From Candidatus Poribacteria bacterium (lineage in GTDB: Bacteria > Poribacteria > WGA-4E > WGA-3G), in the NCBI GenBank assembly GCA_963665235.2, contig CAXXLX010000002.1:96001-160000 (forward strand): DNA of 64,000 bases, written 5' to 3'. Below, piece after piece: positions 17,918-28,900 of the stretch. A program made the position numbers and the translations under genes. The first letter of the stretch is position 1, and each line of letters opens with the position of its first letter. Under the pieces are notes generated by a model that ran no database searches, was not told the origin of the DNA, and saw nothing but the letters and a program-made list of their open reading frames with translations.

Positions 17918-20695
17918 ATGATTAACAAAATAAGAAGCGGGGCGGTCGCTGCATTGCTGTTCTTATTTTTGCTGCCCCTTGCACCAGCCCAAATCACACC
18001 AAACCTCTGGAAGGAATTCATCGGAGAACCGGTACTCCTGGTTACACCCGGCCTTATCGACCACTCTTATGCAGGCTATAAAAATGGTGCGGAGGCGATA
18101 CCCGACACCTTTACGCAGCCAGTCTACAATGTGAACGATTACGGTGCCGCGCCGAATGACAACGCATCGGATACCGCAGGCATCAAAGCTGCGCTGAGTG
18201 CTGCGAATGCCAATAGCCAGGGCGGTATTGTGTTTTTCGCGGCGGGACAATATGATATCTTTCTTGACGGTGAAACGGCCTCACCATTCAACATATCAAG
18301 AGACAATGTCATCATTCGAGGCAGCGGTGCCGAAGGTGCCGGCAACGGTGGGACCACCCTCAAAATGCACAACAACCTAAACGATTGGTTGTTCCGTACC
18401 GGCTGGCGTTCAAACGGGCAAGGTTCGGCAACAAAAGTTAAAGGCACTTTCATAAGGGGAACAAAGCATTTTGATGTGGAGAATGTAAGCTCCCTTAACA
18501 ACCGGAGGTTTATCGAAATCCGATCAAACGGAATCCTCGGTACCGATTGGAGCCTACATTCTTCTCGGCTGAGAGCCGACATGCCTACGTCATATACAAG
18601 CATCCGGAACGGCATAAATATATACGAAATTCATGAAATTGACTACATAGATGGAGACCGCGTTTATGTAAAGGCACCTGTGCTCACCCCTCTCAATTCA
18701 AGCTTCACTGTCAATTGGCGAGATTTGACGGTGGGGGTCGGTTTTGAAAATCTGCACATAGATTGCAACTTCCAGCAAACCTACCGACATCTCGTTCAAA
18801 AAGGCCGGCGGGGTATCTTGCTTTGGCATACGGCGCATTCATGGATCCGCCAATGTCGATTCTCAAACGCCATCGATTCATTCAATCACCACGTTTCTTA
18901 CAGCAACTCGGCACTTGGAATTATCATAGATGGTAGAGCTGGACACCACCCCGGAAGTGTGTCTCATTCAACATACTGTTTTATCGGGCTGTTAGACGAT
19001 AATACCGACACCGGTGTGTGGCACGGCATCACTGTTTCTGCCACTTCCGCAGGAACTGTCGCTTGGGAAATTGGCGGAGCAACAATGAAAGGACCGGATA
19101 CGCACGGCGCGCAGCCCCGCTGGACCCTGTTCGATAATTACGACAGCGTCAATCATCATTCTAGCGGGGGCTCGGTAGCAAACTTACCGCACCATCTCGA
19201 TGGGTACACACGTTGGAACAACGAAGTCGATGCCAGCAGCACCTTTGACCTATGGGCACCCGGTGGATACAGTTTCGCTGTCACGCAAGCAAACCTGATC
19301 GGATACAACCCAGCGGGAGGGTCCAGTCCCGTCGATGCCTACGTCGAGGGATTCGGAAGCCGCGTCACGCCTGACTCACTTTACGAGGCACAACTACAAC
19401 GGCGATTAGGCTCACTGCCCGCATGGGTAAACGCTGCAAAAACCAAGCATACCACGTTAATTGGAAATATTTCAGGGCAATCCGCAAGCACAGCTGATGC
19501 CGTGCCGGGGCTCAGCAGCACTGAACAGTTGCTGCTCGGACAGCTGCTTACTTATGATACGCTCATTTTCAACGAACTCCACAACGCGGCTGATGATACA
19601 AACGACTGGCTGGAACTGCGTAATGTGAGTGAGGCAGACATCTCTCTTGACAAGTGGCAACTCACTATTCGCGCGAGCAGTAGTAATGCGCTCGTCCCGT
19701 TCCCTGCAAGCACGGTTATTCCCGCGGGTGAAGTCCTCTTAATCACTAACACAGAGGAAGGTCACGAGCAAAGCTCGCTCCTACAAGAAGATGCCGAAAT
19801 GGCACCGATAGATGCGTCTATTTCAGTTGTGGTTGCTGAAACGTTTGCATTGCCACAAACCGATTTTGCGTTGATCTTGCGCAGCCCGACAGCCTTCGGC
19901 GATCTTGCAGGCAATTACTTCCAAGATTCAAGTAAACGTCCAGAAACGGCACCCGCATTCACTGTAGGCACGGTATGGGAGCGCGTACAGATGACAGGCT
20001 CTGGGTATCGCGCCGAGGCGTGGGCAGCCAGCACTTATCGAAACGGACTCGGCTCACCGGGGTATCAACCCTCCGCTCTAACAGGCGATGTGAATAACGA
20101 TGGTGTTGTGAACATTTTGGACCTCGTGCTGGTCGCCTCAAAATTCGGCACAACAAGTCCAATTGCGGACCTGAACAGTGATGGCACTGTAAACATCCAA
20201 GACCTGGTCCTGGTTGCGAATGCGCTAAATAACGTTAGTGCCGCACCGACTGCCAAACAGTCCACCGCCGCGGTCGTTAACAATTGGTTGAAACTTGCGC
20301 GGCAAAACGAATCAAAAATTGTTAAATCCTCCATTCCGGAAGGATTTTCATACACACGCGGGATTGAGGTGCTTAAAGAATTAGTCCGTGCACTAACCCC
20401 CGATACAACGGCACTCTTGGCGAACTATCCGAACCCGTTCAACCCTGAAACATGGATACCGTATCAGTTAGCAAAAGCAGCAGATGTAACCCTAACGATA
20501 TATGCCTCGGATGGCAACCTTGTTCGGACGTTAGCATTAGGGCATCGGGATGTTGGCATGTATAAAACCCGCAGCCAAGCCGTCTATTGGGATGGCAAAA
20601 ATGCGTTCGGCGAGTCCGTAGCGAGTGGTGTGTATTTCTACACCCTCACCGCCGGTGACTTCTCCGCCACGCGCAAGATGCTCATCCTCAAATAG
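17918..20695 (+). CDS. Secreted beta-helix (pectin-lyase fold, DUF4955-like) protein with LTD, dockerin-like and C-terminal sorting-like domain
   Basis: DHSYAGY..VYNVNDYGAAPND..DTAGIKAAL..GGIVFFAAGQY (pectate_lyase_3-type start); LPHHL..WN..SLYEAQLQRRLG; shared cassette. Confidence 0.8.
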   Translation: MINKIRSGAVAALLFLFLLPLAPAQITPNLWKEFIGEPVLLVTPGLIDHSYAGYKNGAEAIPDTFTQPVYNVNDYGAAPNDNASDTAGIKAALSAANANSQGGIVFFAAGQYDIFLDGETASPFNISRDNVIIRGSGAEGAGNGGTTLKMHNNLNDWLFRTGWRSNGQGSATKVKGTFIRGTKHFDVENVSSLNNRRFIEIRSNGILGTDWSLHSSRLRADMPTSYTSIRNGINIYEIHEIDYIDGDRVYVKAPVLTPLNSSFTVNWRDLTVGVGFENLHIDCNFQQTYRHLVQKGRRGILLWHTAHSWIRQCRFSNAIDSFNHHVSYSNSALGIIIDGRAGHHPGSVSHSTYCFIGLLDDNTDTGVWHGITVSATSAGTVAWEIGGATMKGPDTHGAQPRWTLFDNYDSVNHHSSGGSVANLPHHLDGYTRWNNEVDASSTFDLWAPGGYSFAVTQANLIGYNPAGGSSPVDAYVEGFGSRVTPDSLYEAQLQRRLGSLPAWVNAAKTKHTTLIGNISGQSASTADAVPGLSSTEQLLLGQLLTYDTLIFNELHNAADDTNDWLELRNVSEADISLDKWQLTIRASSSNALVPFPASTVIPAGEVLLITNTEEGHEQSSLLQEDAEMAPIDASISVVVAETFALPQTDFALILRSPTAFGDLAGNYFQDSSKRPETAPAFTVGTVWERVQMTGSGYRAEAWAASTYRNGLGSPGYQPSALTGDVNNDGVVNILDLVLVASKFGTTSPIADLNSDGTVNIQDLVLVANALNNVSAAPTAKQSTAAVVNNWLKLARQNESKIVKSSIPEGFSYTRGIEVLKELVRALTPDTTALLANYPNPFNPETWIPYQLAKAADVTLTIYASDGNLVRTLALGHRDVGMYKTRSQAVYWDGKNAFGESVASGVYFYTLTAGDFSATRKMLILK

Positions 20696-21123
20696 GCCCG
20701 AGCTGTGCCCACGCCTCTTATGTAGGAGCGTGCTGTGCACGCGACCTCTTATGTCCGAGCGTGCTGTGCACGCGATAAATGCTATTTAATCGGCGGGGTT
20801 TTGCGGCGTACTCGCCCAAATGCGACGTGCATTCACAACCTCGCCACAACCTATGTCCGTATCAGAAAATGCTCCTACTTTTAATCTTTAGGAGTTGCTT
20901 GTTTCTCATGAATTCTGATACAATACTGGATAAGTGTGAATCCGAAAAAAGCAACTCGCTTTTTAGGTTCAAATAGGGGGTGATTTCCCCTATTTACTTT
21001 ACCTGATATTATATCAATCTTGGGCACTTTGAACAAGCTAAAAACCTAATAAACACAAGCGTTTAAGGCGATTTAACAAATTTGCTCAAGTCCAAAACGA
21101 CTTATTCCGAAGGAGAAAATGAA

Positions 21124-24100
21124 ATGTTACAACGATTGACAAACTTAAACATATTTCTAACCTTGCTCTTAGCAGTTACCCTTTTCACCTCCGGCGTTGC
21201 CGTGGTAGACGCACAGAACGACCCCGGAAATGACCCCGGAAACCTGCCTCCAACAAACCAGGCCCCAAAGGCTAATGGTACAATCCCTGGCTTCACCTTG
21301 ACTGTGGATGGAGTGTCTGGCACAGTTAACGTGGGGACCTACTTCAGCGATCCCGAGGGCGAAACCTTGACTTATACGGCTACATCCTCGAATACCAATA
21401 TTGCAACCGTCAGTATATCACCAACCAACGTGCTAACTGTCACGGCAGTCGCAGCAGGGACAGCAACGATTACTATCATTGCTAGAGACCCCGGCAATTT
21501 GACAGCAGAACAGCAATTCTCTGTCACGGTGACACAATCTAACCAAGCACCCACCACCGTTGGCACAATTGCTGCCCAAACATTGACTGTAGGTGGGCCC
21601 GCTGCCACCGTTGACGTGAGTAGCAACTTCACCGATGCCGATGGCGATACCTTGACATACACCGCCAGTTCCTCGGATACCGCAGTAGCAACCGTGAGTG
21701 TGTCAGACTCCACGGTAACGATTACCCCCGTGGCAGCGGGTACCGCCACGATAACCGTCACGGCAACAGATCCCAATAGTGCGACCGCTACACAAGACAT
21801 CTCCGTCACGGTGGAAGCGAACAGTGCACCGACAACCGTTGGCACAATAGCTGCCCAGACGTTGAGTGTAGGTGGGACGGCTGGCACCGTTGACGTGAGT
21901 GGTAGCTTCAGCGATGCGAATGGCGATACACTAACTTATACCGCCAGTTCCTCGGATACCGCAGTAGCAACCGTGAGTGTCTCAAGTGCCACGGTCACTA
22001 TCACGGCAGTCGCAGCAGGCACCGCCACGGTAACCGTCACAGCGACAGACCCCAGCAGTGCGACCGCTACACAAGACATCTCGGTGACGGTGGAAGCGAA
22101 CAGTGCACCGACAACCGTTGGCACAATAGCTGCCCAGACGTTGAGTGTAGGTGGGACGGCTGGCACCGTTGACGTGAGTGGTAACTTCAGCGATGCGAAT
22201 GGCGATACGTTGACCTACACCGCCAGTTCCTCGGATACCGCAGTAGCGACCGTGAGTGTCTCAGAGTCCACGGTAACGATTACCGCCGTGGCAGCAGGCA
22301 CCGCCACGATAACCGTCACGGCGACAGACCCCGGCAATCTAACCGCTACCCAAACATTTTCTGTCACGACCAAAGCGGGACCACCGGCACCCACCAATCT
22401 ATCTGTCCTTTACACATGGTCTACCTCTGTTTTAGTGAATTGGACGGCTCCTACCACGAGTCTAACGATTACAGGGTATGATGTAGAGTACCGGGTGAAA
22501 GGTACAACCGATTTCACCGATGCCGGCCACACAGGGACAGGCACCATTTTTAAGGTCACCGGATTGACATCGGAAACTACCTATCAGATTCGCGTCCGGG
22601 CAAACGCCACAAATGATTCTGGCATCTGGTCAAGTCTTGTGGAAACCACAACGCTGCTTAGTCCGCCCACCGACGTGACTGTATCTGATATAAAAAGCGA
22701 CGCTGCGACTATTAGCTGGACAGCACCGAGCGCACCGAGCGGCACCATTGACAAGTACGTGGTGCTTTACCAAGACCGAAGTCAGCAGCCGGTAAACTAC
22801 ACTGAGGCTGAGACCACAACGACCAGTATTACACTAACAGGACTCAGTCCAGCCACCAGTTATGGGGTCCTCGTAGCAGCAAAGGTAGGCACTGAAATAG
22901 GTGAATATGCCGGCCCTACCAATTTCTGGACAAAATTACTAGCTAGTCCGGCAGATGTTGTTCCGAGCCTCAGCAGTCAAGAACTATCACTGCTAGGTAA
23001 ATTGTTAACCTTTGATACCCTCATCTTCAATGAACTGTCCAACGGCTCTGACGATGCTAAAGACTGGTTGGAGCTTCGCAACGTGAGTGCAGAGAATCTG
23101 CTACTTGACGACTATCAACTCACTATCCTAACGGATAAAGGGAGTAGTGTCGTCCCGTTCCCCGCAGGCACGGCCATCCCCGCAGGGGATGTCCTTTTAC
23201 TCACAAACACAGAGATGGCATCGGTGGATATGACCGTTCTGTCTGTGGTTTCTGAAACGTTCACATTGCCGCAAGCCGATTTCGCGCTAATTCTACGAAG
23301 TCCAACAGCATTCAGTGATCTTGCCGGTAATTATTTTCAAGGCGAAGCAGAACGCCCGGCAACAGCACCCGCACTCACAGTGGACACGGTGTGGGACCGC
23401 ACACAGCCGATTGTTTCCGGCTATCGCGCCGAGGCGTGGGCAAAAAGCACGTATCAAAATGGACTCGGCTCCCCAGGCTATCAACCTCAGGGGCCATCAA
23501 CGGATGGCAATGACGATGGTGTTGTGATTGATACGGATATTAATAACGATGGTGTTGTGAACATCTTTGATTTGGTGTTAGTCGCCTCACAGTTCGGAAC
23601 AACAAGCACAACCGCTGATGTGAATGGTGATGGCATTATCAACATTCAAGACCTGGTCCTGGTTGCAAATGCGTTAAATAACGTTGGTGCCGCGCCGACA
23701 GCGAATCAGTCCGCTGCAGCCGTCGTCAACAATTGGCTGCGTCTTGCGCGTCAAAACGAAGCAAACATCGTTGCAACTGCTATCCCGGAAGGATTTTCCT
23801 ACGAACGCGGCATTCGGGTGCTTGAAGAGTTAGCACGCGCGTTGACACCGAACGCAACGGCACTTTTGGCAAACTACCCGAACCCGTTCAACCCAGAGAC
23901 ATGGATACCGTATCAGTTGGCAAAAGCCGCCGATGTCACGGTGACTATCTATGCCTCGGATGGGAACGTCGTTCGGACATTAGCGTTGGGGCATCGGGAT
24001 GCGGGCATGTATAAGACCCGTACCCAAGCGGCATATTGGGATGGCAAAAATGCGTTAGGCGAGTCCGTAGCCAGCGGTGTGTATTTCTACACCCTCACCG

Positions 24101-24144
24101 CAGGCAATTTCTCTGCCACGCGCAAAATGCTCATCCTCAAATAA
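21124..24144 (+). CDS. Secreted Ig-repeat + 2 FN3 protein with LTD, dockerin-like and C-terminal sorting-like domain
   Basis: Start context GGAGAAAATGAAATG is the same as for the 12991 gene; signal peptide; 4 Ig repeats; FN3 similar to the 9352 gene. Confidence 0.9.
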   Translation: MLQRLTNLNIFLTLLLAVTLFTSGVAVVDAQNDPGNDPGNLPPTNQAPKANGTIPGFTLTVDGVSGTVNVGTYFSDPEGETLTYTATSSNTNIATVSISPTNVLTVTAVAAGTATITIIARDPGNLTAEQQFSVTVTQSNQAPTTVGTIAAQTLTVGGPAATVDVSSNFTDADGDTLTYTASSSDTAVATVSVSDSTVTITPVAAGTATITVTATDPNSATATQDISVTVEANSAPTTVGTIAAQTLSVGGTAGTVDVSGSFSDANGDTLTYTASSSDTAVATVSVSSATVTITAVAAGTATVTVTATDPSSATATQDISVTVEANSAPTTVGTIAAQTLSVGGTAGTVDVSGNFSDANGDTLTYTASSSDTAVATVSVSESTVTITAVAAGTATITVTATDPGNLTATQTFSVTTKAGPPAPTNLSVLYTWSTSVLVNWTAPTTSLTITGYDVEYRVKGTTDFTDAGHTGTGTIFKVTGLTSETTYQIRVRANATNDSGIWSSLVETTTLLSPPTDVTVSDIKSDAATISWTAPSAPSGTIDKYVVLYQDRSQQPVNYTEAETTTTSITLTGLSPATSYGVLVAAKVGTEIGEYAGPTNFWTKLLASPADVVPSLSSQELSLLGKLLTFDTLIFNELSNGSDDAKDWLELRNVSAENLLLDDYQLTILTDKGSSVVPFPAGTAIPAGDVLLLTNTEMASVDMTVLSVVSETFTLPQADFALILRSPTAFSDLAGNYFQGEAERPATAPALTVDTVWDRTQPIVSGYRAEAWAKSTYQNGLGSPGYQPQGPSTDGNDDGVVIDTDINNDGVVNIFDLVLVASQFGTTSTTADVNGDGIINIQDLVLVANALNNVGAAPTANQSAAAVVNNWLRLARQNEANIVATAIPEGFSYERGIRVLEELARALTPNATALLANYPNPFNPETWIPYQLAKAADVTVTIYASDGNVVRTLALGHRDAGMYKTRTQAAYWDGKNALGESVASGVYFYTLTAGNFSATRKMLILK

Positions 24145-24377
24145 CGTTAGGTCAGGCGAGGTGTCACAACCTCGCCATAGATAAATATTTCGGTAATCGG
24201 CGGGCAATGAATTGCTGCTACTACAAGCCTAATTGTTTGTAGTAAGGCGATTTATCGCCCGTTTCTCTTTTCAGCGAGAAACGCGAAACCTCTAATCAAC
24301 GTGAGTTTGAAAAAAGTTTTGACCCAGTATGAGGAGCGGACTGTGCGCCCGAATACTGGGCAAAAAGTTCCCTGCAT

Positions 24378-24615
24378 CTTAGTCCCGTAGGGACGATATC
24401 TTTATAGAAGCAGCCGTTTCCACCCCGCATCTTAGTCCCGTAGGGACGATATCTTTATAGAAGCAGCCGTTAAGGCCAAAGTTCTTAGTCCCGTAGGGAC
24501 GATATATTTGAAAAAGAGGTTTCCATCCTAATTCTTAGCCCAGTATGGGCGTTATTTTTATAGGGTGACACACCATCTCCCCTCTTAGCCCAGTATGGGC
24601 GTTATGTTTATAGCG
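24378..24615. repeat. Cluster of CTTAG(T)CCC-loop-GGG(A)CG-ATATCTTTATAG hairpin repeats (also 12862-12940, 36562-36695, 36870-37090)
   Basis: Three near-identical copies plus two variants read directly. Confidence 0.8.
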
Positions 24616-24801
24616 AGCCGAGACCGCCCCGCTACTATATTTCTGGTTTCCAATCGCCAATCGCTAATAAGGGTGTGATACTTCCGCCGCCACCCCGCGA
24701 TATTTTTTCTGAAGAAAAATCAAACAGTTCGCAACTAATACCATTTTTATTAATTATTCTATCATTACCGGTTGTTAGAAATGAAACGGAGAACGGAAGA
24801 C

Positions 24802-25508
24802 CCAAACTAAAAGTTTATGCTACGATAAAGAGCACAAACTGGAAGTTTATGCTACAAGACCGCACAAACTGGAAGTTTATGCTACGATAAAGGGCACAAA
24901 CTGGAAGTTTATGCTACAAGACCGCACAAACTGGAAGTTTATGCTACAAGACCGCACAAACTGGAAGTTTATGCTACGATAAAGAGCACAAACTGGAAGT
25001 TTATGCTACGATAAAGGGCACAAACTGGAAGTTTATGCTACGATAAAGGGCACAAACTGGAAGTTTATGCTACAAGACCGCACAAACTGGAAGTTTATGC
25101 TACAAGACCGCACAAACTGGAAGTTTATGCTACAAGACCGCACAAACTGGAAGTTTATGCTACGATAAAGGGCACAAACTGGAAGTTTATGCTACAAGAA
25201 CGCACAAACTGGAAGTTTATGCTACAAGAACGCACACAAACTGGAAGTTTATGCTACAAGAACGCACAAACTGGAAGTTTATGCTACAAGACCGCACAAA
25301 CTGGAAGTTTATGCTACAAGAACGCACACAAACTGGAAGTTTATGCTACAAGAACGCACACAAACTGGAAGTTTATGCTACGATAAAGGGCACAAACTGG
25401 AAGTTTATGCTACAAGAACGCACAAACTGGAAGTTTATGCTACAAGAACGCACACAAACTGGAAGTTTATGCTACAAGAACGCACACAAACTGGAAGTTT
25501 ATGCTACA
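24802..25508. repeat. Tandem REP-like array, 23 units of 30/32 bp: core CACAAACTGGAAGTTTATGCTAC with a few recurring linkers
   Basis: Core is the reverse complement of GTAGCATAAACTTCCAGTTTGTG; linkers AAGACCG, AAGAACG(CA), GATAAAG(A/G)G. Confidence 0.95.
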
Positions 25509-25749
25509 ATAAAGAGACATTTTCAATTAGAAATGGTATAACATAACAGAAAACCAAAACATTTTTGGGAGGAAAACGGCACCGTTTGCAACTCACCTGA
25601 CCAGACATCGATAGCGTGTGTCGAAAAGTGTAACATTTACACACAAACCGCACAAAAAATGCAGACATGTTAGCAAAAACCTCTTTTTCCGTGTTCTCTG
25701 CGTTCTCTGTGTCCTCCGCGATTCTGACAGTTGTACAAAAACTTTACAC

Positions 25750-25883
25750 CAGGGCCATTTAGTTTTCGATATTTTCCGCCGGTTTTTTCAACAAACCTCT
25801 TATAGTATTCGGTGCGAAGTGCCGCTCCTACAGAGGAACATATACACATATATAAAGTAAATCTTTAAAACTAAATGGACCTG
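25750..25883. mobile_element. ISAs1-derived miniature element
   Basis: TIRs CAGGGCCATTTAGTTTT / AAAACTAAATGGACCTG match the ISAs1 ends at 49557 and 52399; no target duplication seen. Confidence 0.7.
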
Positions 25884-25999
25884 CTCGTTTGTGTTATCTT
25901 TTGTAGCATAAACTTTCGAGTTTGTGCTATAATAATATTAGAATCACAACCTCTTGCCAATAGCTAATTGCTAATCGCTAACAAAGAAAGGGACATAAT

Positions 26000-28900
26000 A
26001 TGTCAAAAACATTTTTCAATTCAATAATATGCATAATTGCCGTCCTGTGCCTAACGGTAAGTATAGCAAATGCACAAGACTTCACAGATGGCGATATTGT
26101 TCACATGGAAGATAGCGGCACACTAACAGATGCGAACCTTGTTGAGGTCGGCAATACAAGTAGTTCCACAACGCTTAACCTCTTTTTTCGGGTATCCATT
26201 GATGCCAGCGTTCAAGCCGATACAAAGATTGAAGCCACTGCACTTGTACCAACAGGCGGAACTGCCCCAATACCGACTTTCTCCTACAAAGACGGCCAGC
26301 AGCAGTGGAAAGACCTACAAACAACCACGAACGAGGATACCGTCAGCATAGCGTATAGTGTGCTTGAAGGTATCGCTACCGCGCAAGGCACGACTGATGT
26401 TCAAGTACGGGCAAACTTTACAACTGTACCGTCCACGCGGTTTCAGCTGGAACTCAATACAACCACACTCGATCGAGTATACTTCGATTGTCAACCTGGA
26501 GCTGTGTCACGGGCAGTTTATGACGTGACGAATGATGGGAAAATTGACGCTCTAGATATTCAAGCTGTAGCTGTTGCAATGATCAACAATTCGCTCACCG
26601 GTGATGTGAGTGAAGATGGCAATATTAACTATGTTGACTTCGATCTCGTTACATTCGCTGTGAGATTAGGTTTTAGTTTACCACCACCGACTACAAACCG
26701 TGCCCCAACAAAGGTGGGAACTATTCCCAACCAAACGGTAAATGTCGGGGCAACCGCCACCGTTGACGTAAGTGCTTACTTCACCGACCCCGATGGTGAC
26801 ACGCTAACCTATACCGCCAGTTCCTCGGATACGGCAAAAGCCACAGTTTCCGTATCGAGTGCCACGTTGACCCTCACAGGTGTCGCAGTAGGCACCGCCA
26901 CGATTACCGTCACGGCAACAGACCCCGACAGCTTGAGTGTAAACCAGACGTTCACTGCAACAGTTGTGCAGCCCAACCGTGCCCCGACCACCGTGGGGAC
27001 TATTCCGAACCAAACCGTAAATGTAGGTGAGGATGTCACCGTTGATGTGAGTAGTTATTTCAGTGATCCGGATGGAGATCCATTGAGTTACGCCTTCGAT
27101 TTTTCTGATCCGAGTAAAGTGAACGCTAGCACAACCGGCTCCACGGTTCTTTTAACCGGAGTAGCAGCGGGAACATTAACGGTAACCGTGACAGCGACCG
27201 ACACCGGTAATTTGACTGCCACTCAAACCTTCACGGTGACCGTTGTGCAGTCGAACCGTGCCCCGACCGCCGTGGGGTCTATTCCGGATCAAACGGTGAA
27301 TGTAGGTGGGACCGCCACAGTTGATGTGAGTAGTTATTTCACCGATGCGGATGGCGATACGCTAGTCTACACCGCTAGTTCCTCGGATACGGCTAAAGCC
27401 ACGGTTTCAGTATCGAGTGCCACGATAACCCTCACAGGTGTCGCGGTAGGCACCGCTACGATTACCGTCACGGCAACAGACCCCGACAGTTTGAGTGTAA
27501 ACCAGACGTTCACTGCAACAGTTGTGCAGCCCAACCGTGCCCCGACCACCGTGGGGACTATTCCGAACCAAACCGTAAATGTGGGGGCAGATGTCACCGT
27601 TGACGTGAGTAGTTATTTCAGCGATCCGGATGGAGATCCATTGCGTTACACCTTCGATTTTTCTGATCCGAGTAAAGTGAACGCTAGCGCAACCGGCTCC
27701 ACGGTTCTTTTAACCGGGGTAGCAGCGGGAACATTAACGGTAACCGTGACAGCGACCGACACCGGTAATTTGACTGCCACTCAAACCTTCACGGTGACCG
27801 TTGTGCAATCGAACCGTGCCCCGACCGCCGTGGGGTCTATTCCGGATCAAACGGTGGGAGCCACTACCGTTACAGTTGATGTCAGTACCTACTTCAGCGA
27901 TCCGGATGGTGATACGTTGAGCTATGCTGCTGTCTCCTCGGATACCACCAAAGTAACCGTCAGTGTGTCGAATGCAACGGTGAGCATCACACGAGCAGCT
28001 TTATCAGCAACAGGCACCGCCACGATAACCGTCACAGCGACTGACCCGGGCGGGTTAAGTGCTACCCAGACCTTCACTGCTAATGTTGGGCAGATTTACA
28101 GTCCACCAGTGGCAGAAGGCACCATTCCGAACCAAACACTGACTGTCGGTGGACCTGCTGGCACGGTTGATGTGACTAATTACTTCAGTGATGCCGGTAA
28201 CAATATATTAACCTACACCGCTGTCTCCTCTGATACAAGCAAAGTCACAGTGAGTGTGTCAAATGCAACGGTAACCCTCACACCAGTTGCAGTGGGGACA
28301 TCGACGATAACCGTTACAGCCACAAACCCCAATAATTTGAGTGCTACTCAAACCTTCACGGTGACCGTCGTGCCGCCCAACCGCGCACCACAACCAACCG
28401 ACAGCGACATTCCGGACCAAACGGTGAATGTCGGTGCAACTGCCACGGTTGATGTGAGTAATCACTTCAGTGACCCGGACGGTGATACCCTCACCTATAC
28501 CGCCGCCTCTTCGGATACCGCTAAAGCCACGGTTTCAGTCTCAAGTGCCACGGTAACCACCACAGGGGTAGCAGCTGGAACCGCAACCATAACCGTCACA
28601 GCGACTGACCCCGGCGGGTTGTCCGCTAACAAAACCTTCACTGTGACTGTCGTGCAGCCCAACCGCGCACCGGTGGCTGTAGGAACGATAGCGGATCGGA
28701 CATCTAGTCCCGGCTGGACTATCACATTTAACGTGAGTAGCAATTTTAGGGACCCTGATGGCGATACATTAACATATACCGCTAGCTCCGCTGATACCAC
28801 GATAGCAACCGTCAGTATCTCGGCAGCAGAGGTAAGCCTCAAGATGATCGCAGCGGGAACTGCAACCATAACCATCACAGCGACTGACCCCGGGGGATTG

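Noticed and set aside
20855-21000. Nested inverted repeats (GTATCAGAA/TTCTGATAC; GAGTTGCTT/AAGCAACTC) as a possible ncRNA or MITE
   Set aside because: Single copy, no target duplication and no recognisable family; support is insufficient
24802-25508. Possible second CRISPR type; the core shares CAAACTGG with the CRISPR repeat
   Set aside because: Linkers are 7-9 bp and recur, there is no leader or adjacent cas gene, and an 8-bp match is compatible with chance
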